Positions 47,715 through 55,990 of a stretch of 64,000 nt of DNA are shown piece after piece. This DNA comes from an uncultured Nitrososphaerota archaeon (GTDB lineage Archaea; Thermoproteota; EX4484-205; JAAOZP01). Location: NCBI GenBank assembly GCA_964635675.1, contig CAZWPT010000003.1, forward strand, positions 3,672-67,671. Direction: 5' to 3'. The stretch's first letter is position 1. Each line of letters opens with the position of its first letter. Both the position numbers and the translations under genes were made by a program. A model generated the notes under the pieces. It did no database searches and was not told the DNA's origin. It was given only the letters and a program-made list of their open reading frames with translations.

Positions 47715-49679
47715 TCACATAGAGGCTTCTTGCGGAAGCAATTCGTCCACAGCCTCGTATAGACTCTGCCTGATTTGGCTGGACCTTTTTAAACTGAAAA
47801 GAGCCTCATTAAGCAGGCGCATCGCGAAGACGGAGGCGATCCAGCTGTTTGTCCAGCCTGACTCAACGCTCCAAGCCCCCCATCCTGTGTCTGAAGAACT
47901 CCCCCAGTACTCCCATTTCTCATAGTCGAAACCCCGCATCCAGCAGCCATCCAGATACGGTTGCTCCTCTGAGCGAAGCTGTATCCTGCATAGGAACCCT
48001 GCCAGCTTGTCCTCCGCCTGTTTTAAACTGGCACTTCCGTAAGCGGAAGCCAGCTCGTGCAGACCGAGGAAGGCGAAGTTTAAGGTGTAAAGCAGGTCGC
48101 ACGCGGGGTCTCCGTTCTCCTGGATTACCGGAGCCTCGGTCGTACCGTATTGTTCGTTCGAGCTGGGAGGCGGGTATTGGCCGTTTCCCACCGGCCCCAA
48201 CGTTTCCCTGATGGCGCCGCACGCCTGCTGCTGAGAAACCAGGTCTCCAACAATTCTGTCAACCCACATCCTGTATTCAGCCCTGTCTTCAACCCGGATG
48301 AGAAAGGCGAGTGGCAAGGCCATCCTTGCCAGTTCCTGCGTAAGCCCGTTTGTCCACTTCCAATCCGGGTATTTCTCAATAGTCATGCGAACCGCGTTAA
48401 CGGTTCTCTCCAGAAACCTCGGGTATCCTGCTAATAGAAAACCCCATAGGAAACAGGCCCACAGGTAAGCCTGGTAGTGAGGCGAATAAGAAACAATAGG
48501 GGTTTTCCAATAGTATTCCCACCCGTTTCTAAGTAGATCTGGAAGGTCTATCCTGTTCTTCCTAAACCCGAGGGGACCCGTAGTCCGGAGATTAGCGATC
48601 AGGCAGAGGGCCAGAGCCTTGTCCCACCGGTCATCCTCCAGATTGCTGCTTGCGGAAAGCGTTGAAAGAATGACCCTCGCATTATCATCCCCGTAGAAGA
48701 CTGGGAGGCCATCCATCCAGTTAACCAGCCCGTACGCAGGACTGTTCTTATCGGTTTGCTGGAAGGACCATACGTAGTCGAGGATGCTGGTGGCGATTAG
48801 CCTGCTCCTCGGGTTGCCTGTAAGCCTCCAATCGTACGCAAAAACCATCGCCGCCTCAGCCAAGCAGTCTGAACGTATCACCACCCTCTTGAGTTGATGC
48901 CCCTCGTAATCTATATTTGACTGATAGCCTTCAATAACACCTCTGTTTCTCTCAACGCCGAAAAGAACGTGTTTACGAAACCATTCTACAGACCTCCGGT
49001 AAGCCTCCTGTTCCGCATTATCAGGCAGGGGCTCGCTATTCTCGAACATGGTTCTAACGGTCGGAACCCAAGATAAGTCGTAGGCTTCCCCCGTTAACCA
49101 TTTCAACAACTTCCTCCATACCTGTCTCCAAGCATTGCTAGGAGCATACCTTCCTGTTCTAAACTGGCTCAGCTTACTCGTGGAGACCATGGTTCTATCA
49201 GAATACTCGAACAGAATAGGGTGGAACTCTCCGGGCAGGCCGAAAACCGCTTTATCATACCCTGCAACCCTTGCCAACACCATGTGAGAAACACCCTCCT
49301 TTTTATAGAGAGGCAGAAACCAGCAGTCATGCATGTTCAGTATAGTCATACGGGGAAGCTCGGGCTCGAAGAAACTTGAAGTGACGACCACTCTCTCCCA
49401 CTCTACTGTCCGTGGCTCTTCGAATACAATGTTCGGAAGACCTGATGGATATTCTAAGTAGAGCCTTAAATTTTTCTCCACGGCCTTATTTAAAATGACC
49501 GGCCCGATTGTCAGTTTCGGAACAGGATAAGAGTCCGCTAAGGCAAGCACACCGTCTCCATGGGAAGCATTGTTAACAGCCTCTTCTAACAGCTCATAAC
49601 GCATTAAGGTCCTCCCAGATTCCGCTAGAACCTTGTACAAGTCGTTTTCAGGAGAGCAGCACAGTATCAGCCTTCCCAT
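47715..49679 (-). CDS. Hypothetical 654-aa protein, possibly an (alpha/alpha)6-type glycoside-hydrolase-like enzyme (unverified)
   Basis: Long soluble ORF, rich in Trp/Tyr in its C-terminal half. Divergent from the LmbE-like gene and adjacent to GH38. No diagnostic motif recognised. Confidence 0.45.
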   Translation of the reverse strand: MGRLILCCSPENDLYKVLAESGRTLMRYELLEEAVNNASHGDGVLALADSYPVPKLTIGPVILNKAVEKNLRLYLEYPSGLPNIVFEEPRTVEWERVVVTSSFFEPELPRMTILNMHDCWFLPLYKKEGVSHMVLARVAGYDKAVFGLPGEFHPILFEYSDRTMVSTSKLSQFRTGRYAPSNAWRQVWRKLLKWLTGEAYDLSWVPTVRTMFENSEPLPDNAEQEAYRRSVEWFRKHVLFGVERNRGVIEGYQSNIDYEGHQLKRVVIRSDCLAEAAMVFAYDWRLTGNPRSRLIATSILDYVWSFQQTDKNSPAYGLVNWMDGLPVFYGDDNARVILSTLSASSNLEDDRWDKALALCLIANLRTTGPLGFRKNRIDLPDLLRNGWEYYWKTPIVSYSPHYQAYLWACFLWGFLLAGYPRFLERTVNAVRMTIEKYPDWKWTNGLTQELARMALPLAFLIRVEDRAEYRMWVDRIVGDLVSQQQACGAIRETLGPVGNGQYPPPSSNEQYGTTEAPVIQENGDPACDLLYTLNFAFLGLHELASAYGSASLKQAEDKLAGFLCRIQLRSEEQPYLDGCWMRGFDYEKWEYWGSSSDTGWGAWSVESGWTNSWIASVFAMRLLNEALFSLKRSSQIRQSLYEAVDELLPQEASM

Positions 49680-49763
49680 GGGTCTTCGCTTTCCAAGTCT
49701 TATTTAAACATATTCTCGAGTTATCAACATAAGATTTTTAATTCACCCCGAATCTGTCTAACC

Positions 49764-50522
49764 ATGGCACATGTGAAAACGAGCAGGGTGTGGAGGAACG
49801 GTGACAGGATTCTAGTTATTCAGGCTCATCCTGATGATGCTGAGTATTATGTTGGCGGAACAATAGCGAGAATGACTGGAGACGGATGCGTCGTGAATTA
49901 TGCCACTGTAACCGACGGTAGCAAGGGGACCTTCGACGTGAACATGGACCCTGCTGCTCTAAGCGAGATTAGAAAGAGAGAGCAGAGGGCTGCGGCAGAT
50001 GTGCTTGGGGTGAAGGAGCTCTTTTTCCTAGGTTATCCCGATGGCGACCTATATCCCTCTCTCGAACTGAGAGGGAAGCTTGTAGAATTGATAAGAAAAG
50101 TGAAGCCTAATATTGTTATGACGCTTGACGCTTGGCTGCCTTACGAAATACATCCTGACCACAGGGTTACTGGACTAATGGCATCTGAGGCAACGGTTTT
50201 CGCGGGCATGCCTAACTTTTACAGAGAGCAGACTCTTTCAGGAATTCCGCCTCACAAGCCCGACATAATACTTCTGTTTGCTACAGGCAACCCGAATCTC
50301 TTCGTCGACATCACCAAGCTTATAGAGAAGAAGGCTGAAGCCATTATGAAGCATGAGAGCCAACTACCCCTAGCCTTCCGAGAAGGCTTTGGAAAGGGGA
50401 ACTTGGAAGAAGTAAGAAAGGAACTGGTAAAAAGCCTCAGGAAAAGAAGTAGAAAAGAAGGAAGATACGTGGAACCCCTTAGAATGTTTAAAGTGGGAGC
50501 AGGCCATTTTGTAAGAGAGTGA
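49764..50522 (+). CDS. PIG-L/LmbE-family N-acetylglucosaminyl deacetylase
   Basis: 252 aa. ILVIQAHPDDAE zinc-binding motif, plus the HPDH motif region (EIHPDHR). Confidence 0.8.
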   Translation: MAHVKTSRVWRNGDRILVIQAHPDDAEYYVGGTIARMTGDGCVVNYATVTDGSKGTFDVNMDPAALSEIRKREQRAAADVLGVKELFFLGYPDGDLYPSLELRGKLVELIRKVKPNIVMTLDAWLPYEIHPDHRVTGLMASEATVFAGMPNFYREQTLSGIPPHKPDIILLFATGNPNLFVDITKLIEKKAEAIMKHESQLPLAFREGFGKGNLEEVRKELVKSLRKRSRKEGRYVEPLRMFKVGAGHFVRE

Positions 50523-50600
50523 ATGCTTAAAGCTTTAATCATGCGAATCTGTGTAGACGCTTTCAAAAGATTTATATAAATCCTGAAACGGAAAAGCTTC

Positions 50601-53531
50601 ATGCGGACGATTCAGGAGCTTGAAGCAAGACTAGCCCTTTTGTACGCCGCTTCCTTCAAAAACATCAGGATCCTTGACTGGGATTCCTTCACCGGCAATA
50701 AGGCGACGATAACCTTGGACGCTGCCGGAGAGAATTTTCAACTCGCAGTGTTGGATTACAAGGGTTCTGCACTTGTGAAGCTGGATTCAAAACCATATTT
50801 CGCCCTAGACGGCTACCATTATGCCATACCGATTCCACAGGGTCATCACGTGGTGGAGGCGGAGTTCTCGCCTTTCCTTGCATTCGGCGAGAAGGTGGAT
50901 GTTCACCCGGGTAAGCCTGTAGGCGTCAACAGAAACATGGAGGCGTTGAAGCTCTGGGCGTATGGAAGGTCGATTTTGGAACTAGCACGTGCAACTAAGG
51001 ATGAGGAGCTAAAATCTGTTCTCCTAAGGGCTTTAAGCAACTCCCTTAAGGAAGCTCCTTTCGAAACCGTTTCTAAAGAGCAGGTTCTCCTGGCCACTTC
51101 TTTCAAGGCTATGATAGGAGGGCTAGATAGTGTTCCAAGACTATTATCTGAGGATATTGCATCGCTATACGTTGAGGAGCAGGGCATAGAGAAATACGGG
51201 AGAGCGCTAAACCTGCTTAGGAGCATACTTAGTAATCTTGTTGGAAAATACGGGAAGAGGGGGGAAATGGTTGCGCTTGCCCATGCGCACATTGACACTG
51301 CTTGGCTCTGGCCCTTCGAAGAGACTAGGAAGAAGGTTTACAGAACATTCTCCACGGTGTTGACTCTAATGGAGCATTACGATTTTAAGTATATTCAGAG
51401 CGCTGCTATATATTACAATTGGATCAAGAAGGAGGAGCCTTCGATCTTTGAAATGGTCAGGGAGAAAATCAAGGAGGGGAAATGGATACTGGGAGCAGGC
51501 TGGGTGGAGTTCGACACTCAAATGATATCCGGCGAGTCGTTGGCTAGACAACTCTTATACTCTCAAAGGTTCTACATGGAGAACTTCGGGAGGACTGCTG
51601 AAGTACTTTGGCTCCCGGATACCTTCGGATTCTCGCCAACCCTCCCCCAGGCAGCGAAACTCGCCGGGGTCAAGGTTTTTGCAACCCATAAGGTTTTCTG
51701 GAATGATACGAACACTTTTCCATATAACGTGTTTCTCTGGGTCTGTCCAGACAACGCTAGGCTTGCGGCTGTAGCCTTTGGCCATGGCAGGGGAGGCTAT
51801 AACTCTGATTTCACTGCAGACAGTGTTTACGAGCAGTGGCAGAACTGGGTTGACAAGGATCGCCCCATGCTTTACTCCTACGGCTATGGAGACGGTGGGG
51901 GAGGACCTACTGAAGAAATGCTTCTGAGAGCTGAAGCAGTAGACTCGCTTCCAATCCTGCCGAGAGTGGATCTGAAAGGATCATTTGAATCAGTCGTCAA
52001 GCCTCCTGTTTATGAAGAATGGAGGGGAGAACTCTATCTTGAGGACCACAGGGGTGTTTTCACGTCGCATTCAAGGATGAAGCTGTTAAACAGGAGGGCG
52101 GAGCTAGCTTTAAGGGAGGCGGAAACATGGGCGACTTTCGCCGGAACGTATGATGGAGAAAGGTTTTCAAGCCTTTGGAAAATCCTTCTTAAAAACCAGT
52201 TTCACGATGTTCTGCCAGGCTCCTCCATAAGGGAGGTTTACAGCGAGGCTTACCCGGAGCTTGAGAAGGTGATTTCCGAGGCAGAGGAGATTGCTGAGGA
52301 AGCCATGAGGAAAATAGCTGGGAAAGGCCGTACGACGCTGGTTTTCAACTCATTACCCTGGGAGAGGGAGGACTATGTGGTGCTCAACAGACAGGTTGAT
52401 GGTTCCCAGAGGGTTCCCGAGGGCTTCTTAATAAGGGTGAGGACACTCTCAGCAGGGTATGCTCCGCTTAACAAGGCTCAAACGACCCAGGTGAAAATCC
52501 TTGAGGAGGATGATTCCTACATTGTTGAGAACAGGTTTTTCAAAGCCAGGATTGCTAAAAACGGGAGGCTGCTTTCAGTATTCGACAAGGAGGCGGGTAG
52601 GGAAGTCTTGAAGAGTCCGGGGAACAGGCTTGTTGCCTACGAGAACATCCCGGGGTGGGCTGACGCGTGGAATATAGAGAAGGGCTATAGGGAGACCTCT
52701 TTCGAAATATCTTCCTCGAAAAGCATGGTTGTCTGCAAAGGCCCGTTGATGGCTTCCGTCTGCTTCACCTACCCGTTCAGAAGATCCGAGATAAAGCAGG
52801 AAATCAGGGTCTACTCCGACTCTAGAAGAATAGACTTCAAAACAACTGTAAACATGAAGGATAGGGAGTTGCTGGTTAAAGCATGGTTTGATCTAGATTT
52901 GAACGCTGAGAAAGCCGTTTCAGACACCCCCTTCGGCGTTATTGAAAGGCCCACTACTGGAAACACTTCCTGGGAGAAAGCCAAGTATGAGGTGGCGATT
53001 CAGAAAATGATAGACCTCTCTGAGCACAATTATGGCGTTGCATTGCTGAACGACGGGAAATATGGAGTTTCAGTAGAGGGTTCTTCAATAGGTCTTTCAA
53101 TAACGAGGACCCCCGTCTTCCCAGACCCTTCTACCGACTTGGAGGAGACGGCCTTCACCTACTCTATCTACCCCCACGTAGGAGACTGGAAGGAGGCGGG
53201 AGTATTAAGGAGGGCTTACGAGCTTAATGTTCCGTTGAGAGCGTTAGAGGGGAAGAAGGGGAGTAAAAGCTTCTTGAAAATAGACTCCGGCAACCTGATG
53301 CTTGAGGCTGTTAAAAAGTCCGAGGATGGGGATGATGTTGTTCTAAGGCTTTACGAATTCTGGAATGCACGGGGCAAGGCACGCGTCAAACTTTCTTTTA
53401 ACGTTAAGAGCGTGGAATCAGTAGACATTCTTGAATCAAACAGTGTTGAGAGAGACATTAGCATAAGCAGGACTGCTTTAGACTTTACGTATCGCAATAG
53501 GGAAATAATCACTTTAAAAATACGCAGGTAG
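50601..53531 (+). CDS. GH38-family alpha-mannosidase (second copy)
   Basis: 976 aa. LAHAHIDTAWLWPF motif. Moderately diverged from the 39018..42080 copy. Confidence 0.85.
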   Translation: MRTIQELEARLALLYAASFKNIRILDWDSFTGNKATITLDAAGENFQLAVLDYKGSALVKLDSKPYFALDGYHYAIPIPQGHHVVEAEFSPFLAFGEKVDVHPGKPVGVNRNMEALKLWAYGRSILELARATKDEELKSVLLRALSNSLKEAPFETVSKEQVLLATSFKAMIGGLDSVPRLLSEDIASLYVEEQGIEKYGRALNLLRSILSNLVGKYGKRGEMVALAHAHIDTAWLWPFEETRKKVYRTFSTVLTLMEHYDFKYIQSAAIYYNWIKKEEPSIFEMVREKIKEGKWILGAGWVEFDTQMISGESLARQLLYSQRFYMENFGRTAEVLWLPDTFGFSPTLPQAAKLAGVKVFATHKVFWNDTNTFPYNVFLWVCPDNARLAAVAFGHGRGGYNSDFTADSVYEQWQNWVDKDRPMLYSYGYGDGGGGPTEEMLLRAEAVDSLPILPRVDLKGSFESVVKPPVYEEWRGELYLEDHRGVFTSHSRMKLLNRRAELALREAETWATFAGTYDGERFSSLWKILLKNQFHDVLPGSSIREVYSEAYPELEKVISEAEEIAEEAMRKIAGKGRTTLVFNSLPWEREDYVVLNRQVDGSQRVPEGFLIRVRTLSAGYAPLNKAQTTQVKILEEDDSYIVENRFFKARIAKNGRLLSVFDKEAGREVLKSPGNRLVAYENIPGWADAWNIEKGYRETSFEISSSKSMVVCKGPLMASVCFTYPFRRSEIKQEIRVYSDSRRIDFKTTVNMKDRELLVKAWFDLDLNAEKAVSDTPFGVIERPTTGNTSWEKAKYEVAIQKMIDLSEHNYGVALLNDGKYGVSVEGSSIGLSITRTPVFPDPSTDLEETAFTYSIYPHVGDWKEAGVLRRAYELNVPLRALEGKKGSKSFLKIDSGNLMLEAVKKSEDGDDVVLRLYEFWNARGKARVKLSFNVKSVESVDILESNSVERDISISRTALDFTYRNREIITLKIRR

Positions 53532-53535
53532 TTGA

Positions 53536-54819
53536 CTATTCCGAGTTTTCAGCCCTCCAGACAGCGTAGAGCTCTCTTAGAACATCTTTCTCAGCGCCGT
53601 CAAAGTTCCAGTACACTAGGCCGTCAGCATGGCCGCGCACCGCTGATTTAACGCTTTCCACGAAAAACTCTCTGCCAACCATAGACAAGTTTGAGATGCG
53701 TTCCCCAAGGAGGCTGTGCATCGTGTCGGTTCGGACGACGAGTATGACTGGCCAGACCCTAGCGTTCCCAATGTTCCAAGAGGAGATTTTTCGTAAGCCT
53801 GCTTCAATCGAGCTTGATGGTAGCCCTGAGAGCCTTGTCTCGTCGAAGCCGCGTGGCTCAACAATGGTGCTTAAGCCCGTTGCAACATAGTAGAACTTGG
53901 TGAGAAGATCCTTGTCGACACCGTAGGCACGGCTGAGCTCCTTGACCGCTGTTAAACCCTCCCACTGCATCCAGTCGAAGTAAAGCATTGGTTCGACAAC
54001 GTCGAGAACACGGCTGAGAGCCCTGTAGCTCTGGCCCGCCAGCAGGCTCCACCATGGGGATAAAAGGTTGGCGCCCACCACTGTACCCCGGCCACCCTCC
54101 TCCTTAACCGCTGAGGCGAAAGTCGTAACAACATTCTCAATATACTCGTTCCTATACCTGAACCATTCGAACACACCTGGAAACTCGTTGTAAAGATCCA
54201 GGATGTCAGGAGTGCTTAAGCCCCCCTGTTCAACCATCTCCTTCGGGAAAAGTCCTTTGCCGAGGAGGCCCGCTAGGCTTAACCAGTCTCTCCTAATGGA
54301 GCCCGGGTCGTAGCCCAGCCGCCTCATCTCCTCGCAGCAACTGGGGCAGAAGCATGTGAGAAAGTAGTCGAAGCCAGCCATCGGGCTTTCGAACCTTATG
54401 AAGTCGAGCACAACTCCCTCAACCCCGTATATTCTGACTAGGCATCTTAGGTCGGCGACTATTCTCCTTAAAACATCAGGGTTGGTGGGGCAGGCTCTAG
54501 CGGAATGAGGCTTCCCCAGTATTGTCCACGCAGAATACTCCGCCCCTTTTTCGGCGATATCAGGCCTGCTGAAAACAGGGTAGCTCGCGAAGAACTTTAA
54601 GCCTGCTCCGCGAAGCTCCTCGACAATCCTCTTTAGCTCCCCGTATGATTCTTTCCCAGCGTCTTCTGGAAGACACTTCACCCCTTTATAGAGCTCTTCA
54701 GCCTCCTCTGGGAAAACAGGAAGATGCGTATGCACGTACTCTATGCCGTATTCTTCGAGAAGACGACCACCGTATTCCCTCAGAGCCTTTTGACTGATGA
54801 AAGCTCCTATCGGCTTCAT
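53536..54819 (-). CDS. GHL-type (glycoside-hydrolase-like) TIM-barrel protein with a CFCPSCC motif, paralog A
   Basis: 427 aa. VVLDFIRFESP resembles the DYIRYP motif of GH-like families such as GHL10, followed by a FLTCFCPSCCEEMRRLGYD Cys cluster. Confidence 0.45.
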   Translation of the reverse strand: MKPIGAFISQKALREYGGRLLEEYGIEYVHTHLPVFPEEAEELYKGVKCLPEDAGKESYGELKRIVEELRGAGLKFFASYPVFSRPDIAEKGAEYSAWTILGKPHSARACPTNPDVLRRIVADLRCLVRIYGVEGVVLDFIRFESPMAGFDYFLTCFCPSCCEEMRRLGYDPGSIRRDWLSLAGLLGKGLFPKEMVEQGGLSTPDILDLYNEFPGVFEWFRYRNEYIENVVTTFASAVKEEGGRGTVVGANLLSPWWSLLAGQSYRALSRVLDVVEPMLYFDWMQWEGLTAVKELSRAYGVDKDLLTKFYYVATGLSTIVEPRGFDETRLSGLPSSSIEAGLRKISSWNIGNARVWPVILVVRTDTMHSLLGERISNLSMVGREFFVESVKSAVRGHADGLVYWNFDGAEKDVLRELYAVWRAENSE

Positions 54820-55958
54820 TTTCCAAGCGCCTCCGAGACCCTGAGGATCCGGTTCTTCTCCTCCTCTCGGAAAGCGAAGAAATCCAGCCCGTCTAAGCCT
54901 GTTTCAACAGCCAGCTTGACAACCTCCTCGATCTGCGGATCGTCAAGCATCACGATAGGGTGAAGCTCGCTTCGGCCAGCCAGAAGCCTTTTGGAGGCGA
55001 GAAACTCCATGCTTAGAGAGGATAATGGGAGGCAGTCTTCGAAAAGCCTGTTAATGCTTAGAGGATAACCCTCCCCGGAAAAACCGAAAAACCGGTAAAT
55101 TGCCTCTAACAGCTCGCTCTCAACCAGCCAGGGATTCCGCCTTAGAAGGTCCTCAGCGATTTTAGCCAGCTCGAAGTTGAGGCAGGCGACTCCCCGCCCC
55201 TTTCTGTAGACCATGGGTTTAACGAAATCCAGGTAGCGCCAAAGCTCCTGATAGTTCTGGCCGACGAGGAAGGCTAGTGAGGGGGTGAACACGTAGGCAC
55301 CTAGGCCCGCCTTCTTGTTGTAGGACCTGATTATGTTTCTAACTTCAAGTATTAACTCTGTTACACTACGCTCCCTGAACCTAAGCCAGTCTAAGAGAGG
55401 GCTTAACCCTGCGGCAATATCCAGGATACCCGCTGGAGAAGAACGGTATGCTTGCAAAGCTTCCCAAACGTTTTTAAAATCGTAGAAGGCGTCGAGCATT
55501 TGCTTAGCAGACTTCCTCATTTCTTCGAACCGGTAGCCGTATTCCGCAGCCTTGCTCCTACAATTGTCGCAGAAGCATGTCGCAAAGGCTTCGATTCCAC
55601 TGCCCATTGAGGCAAACCGTATTCCGTCGAGCAAAACGCTGTTAACATCGTATTTCTCAACGATCTCAGAAACCTGGCTAAGAGTCCTACGTCTTATCTC
55701 AGGGTTATTCGGGCATCCTGATCCGAACCATATGTGTCTCCTCCCGTACGGGTCCTCAGCTAGAAACTGCGGGGCTTGAAACTCCTTGTCCAGCCTGAAA
55801 GCCCCGATTACAACGTGGACGTTGAAACCCTTATCTATCAGCCCCTTGATGAGCCCAGGCTCGTAGCCAACAACGATATTCTGAAAACCGTTTTCAAGGA
55901 GAAAATCAGCGTAGTTGAGATTCGGGATCCCGAACATCCAGAGCCTCAGTTTTATCAC
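54816..55958 (-). CDS. GHL-type TIM-barrel protein with a CFCDNC motif, paralog B
   Basis: 380 aa. VLLDGIRFASM and FATCFCDNCRSKAAEYGY. The stop overlaps the start of paralog A by 4 nt (tandem, co-directional). Confidence 0.45.
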   Translation of the reverse strand: MIKLRLWMFGIPNLNYADFLLENGFQNIVVGYEPGLIKGLIDKGFNVHVVIGAFRLDKEFQAPQFLAEDPYGRRHIWFGSGCPNNPEIRRRTLSQVSEIVEKYDVNSVLLDGIRFASMGSGIEAFATCFCDNCRSKAAEYGYRFEEMRKSAKQMLDAFYDFKNVWEALQAYRSSPAGILDIAAGLSPLLDWLRFRERSVTELILEVRNIIRSYNKKAGLGAYVFTPSLAFLVGQNYQELWRYLDFVKPMVYRKGRGVACLNFELAKIAEDLLRRNPWLVESELLEAIYRFFGFSGEGYPLSINRLFEDCLPLSSLSMEFLASKRLLAGRSELHPIVMLDDPQIEEVVKLAVETGLDGLDFFAFREEEKNRILRVSEALGK

Positions 55959-55990
55959 CGTGCAGTAAGCGTTGGAGACAATATTTAAAC

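Noticed and set aside
47849-48434. Cluster of overlapping ORFs on both strands (47849..48211 +, 47920..48222 -, 48125..48379 -, 48150..48434 +) that look Arg/Pro-rich
   Set aside because: All lie inside the 654-aa minus-strand gene, in a locally GC-rich segment, and their Arg/Pro/Gly-rich low-complexity translations are hallmarks of spurious frames.
39018-53531. Possibility that the two GH38 genes are a recent duplication like URO-D-like paralogs 1 and 3
   Set aside because: They share the family motifs (HAHID.(N/T)WLW, NQFHD), but are otherwise substantially diverged in sequence and length (1020 vs 976 aa). They are therefore old paralogs rather than a recent repeat.
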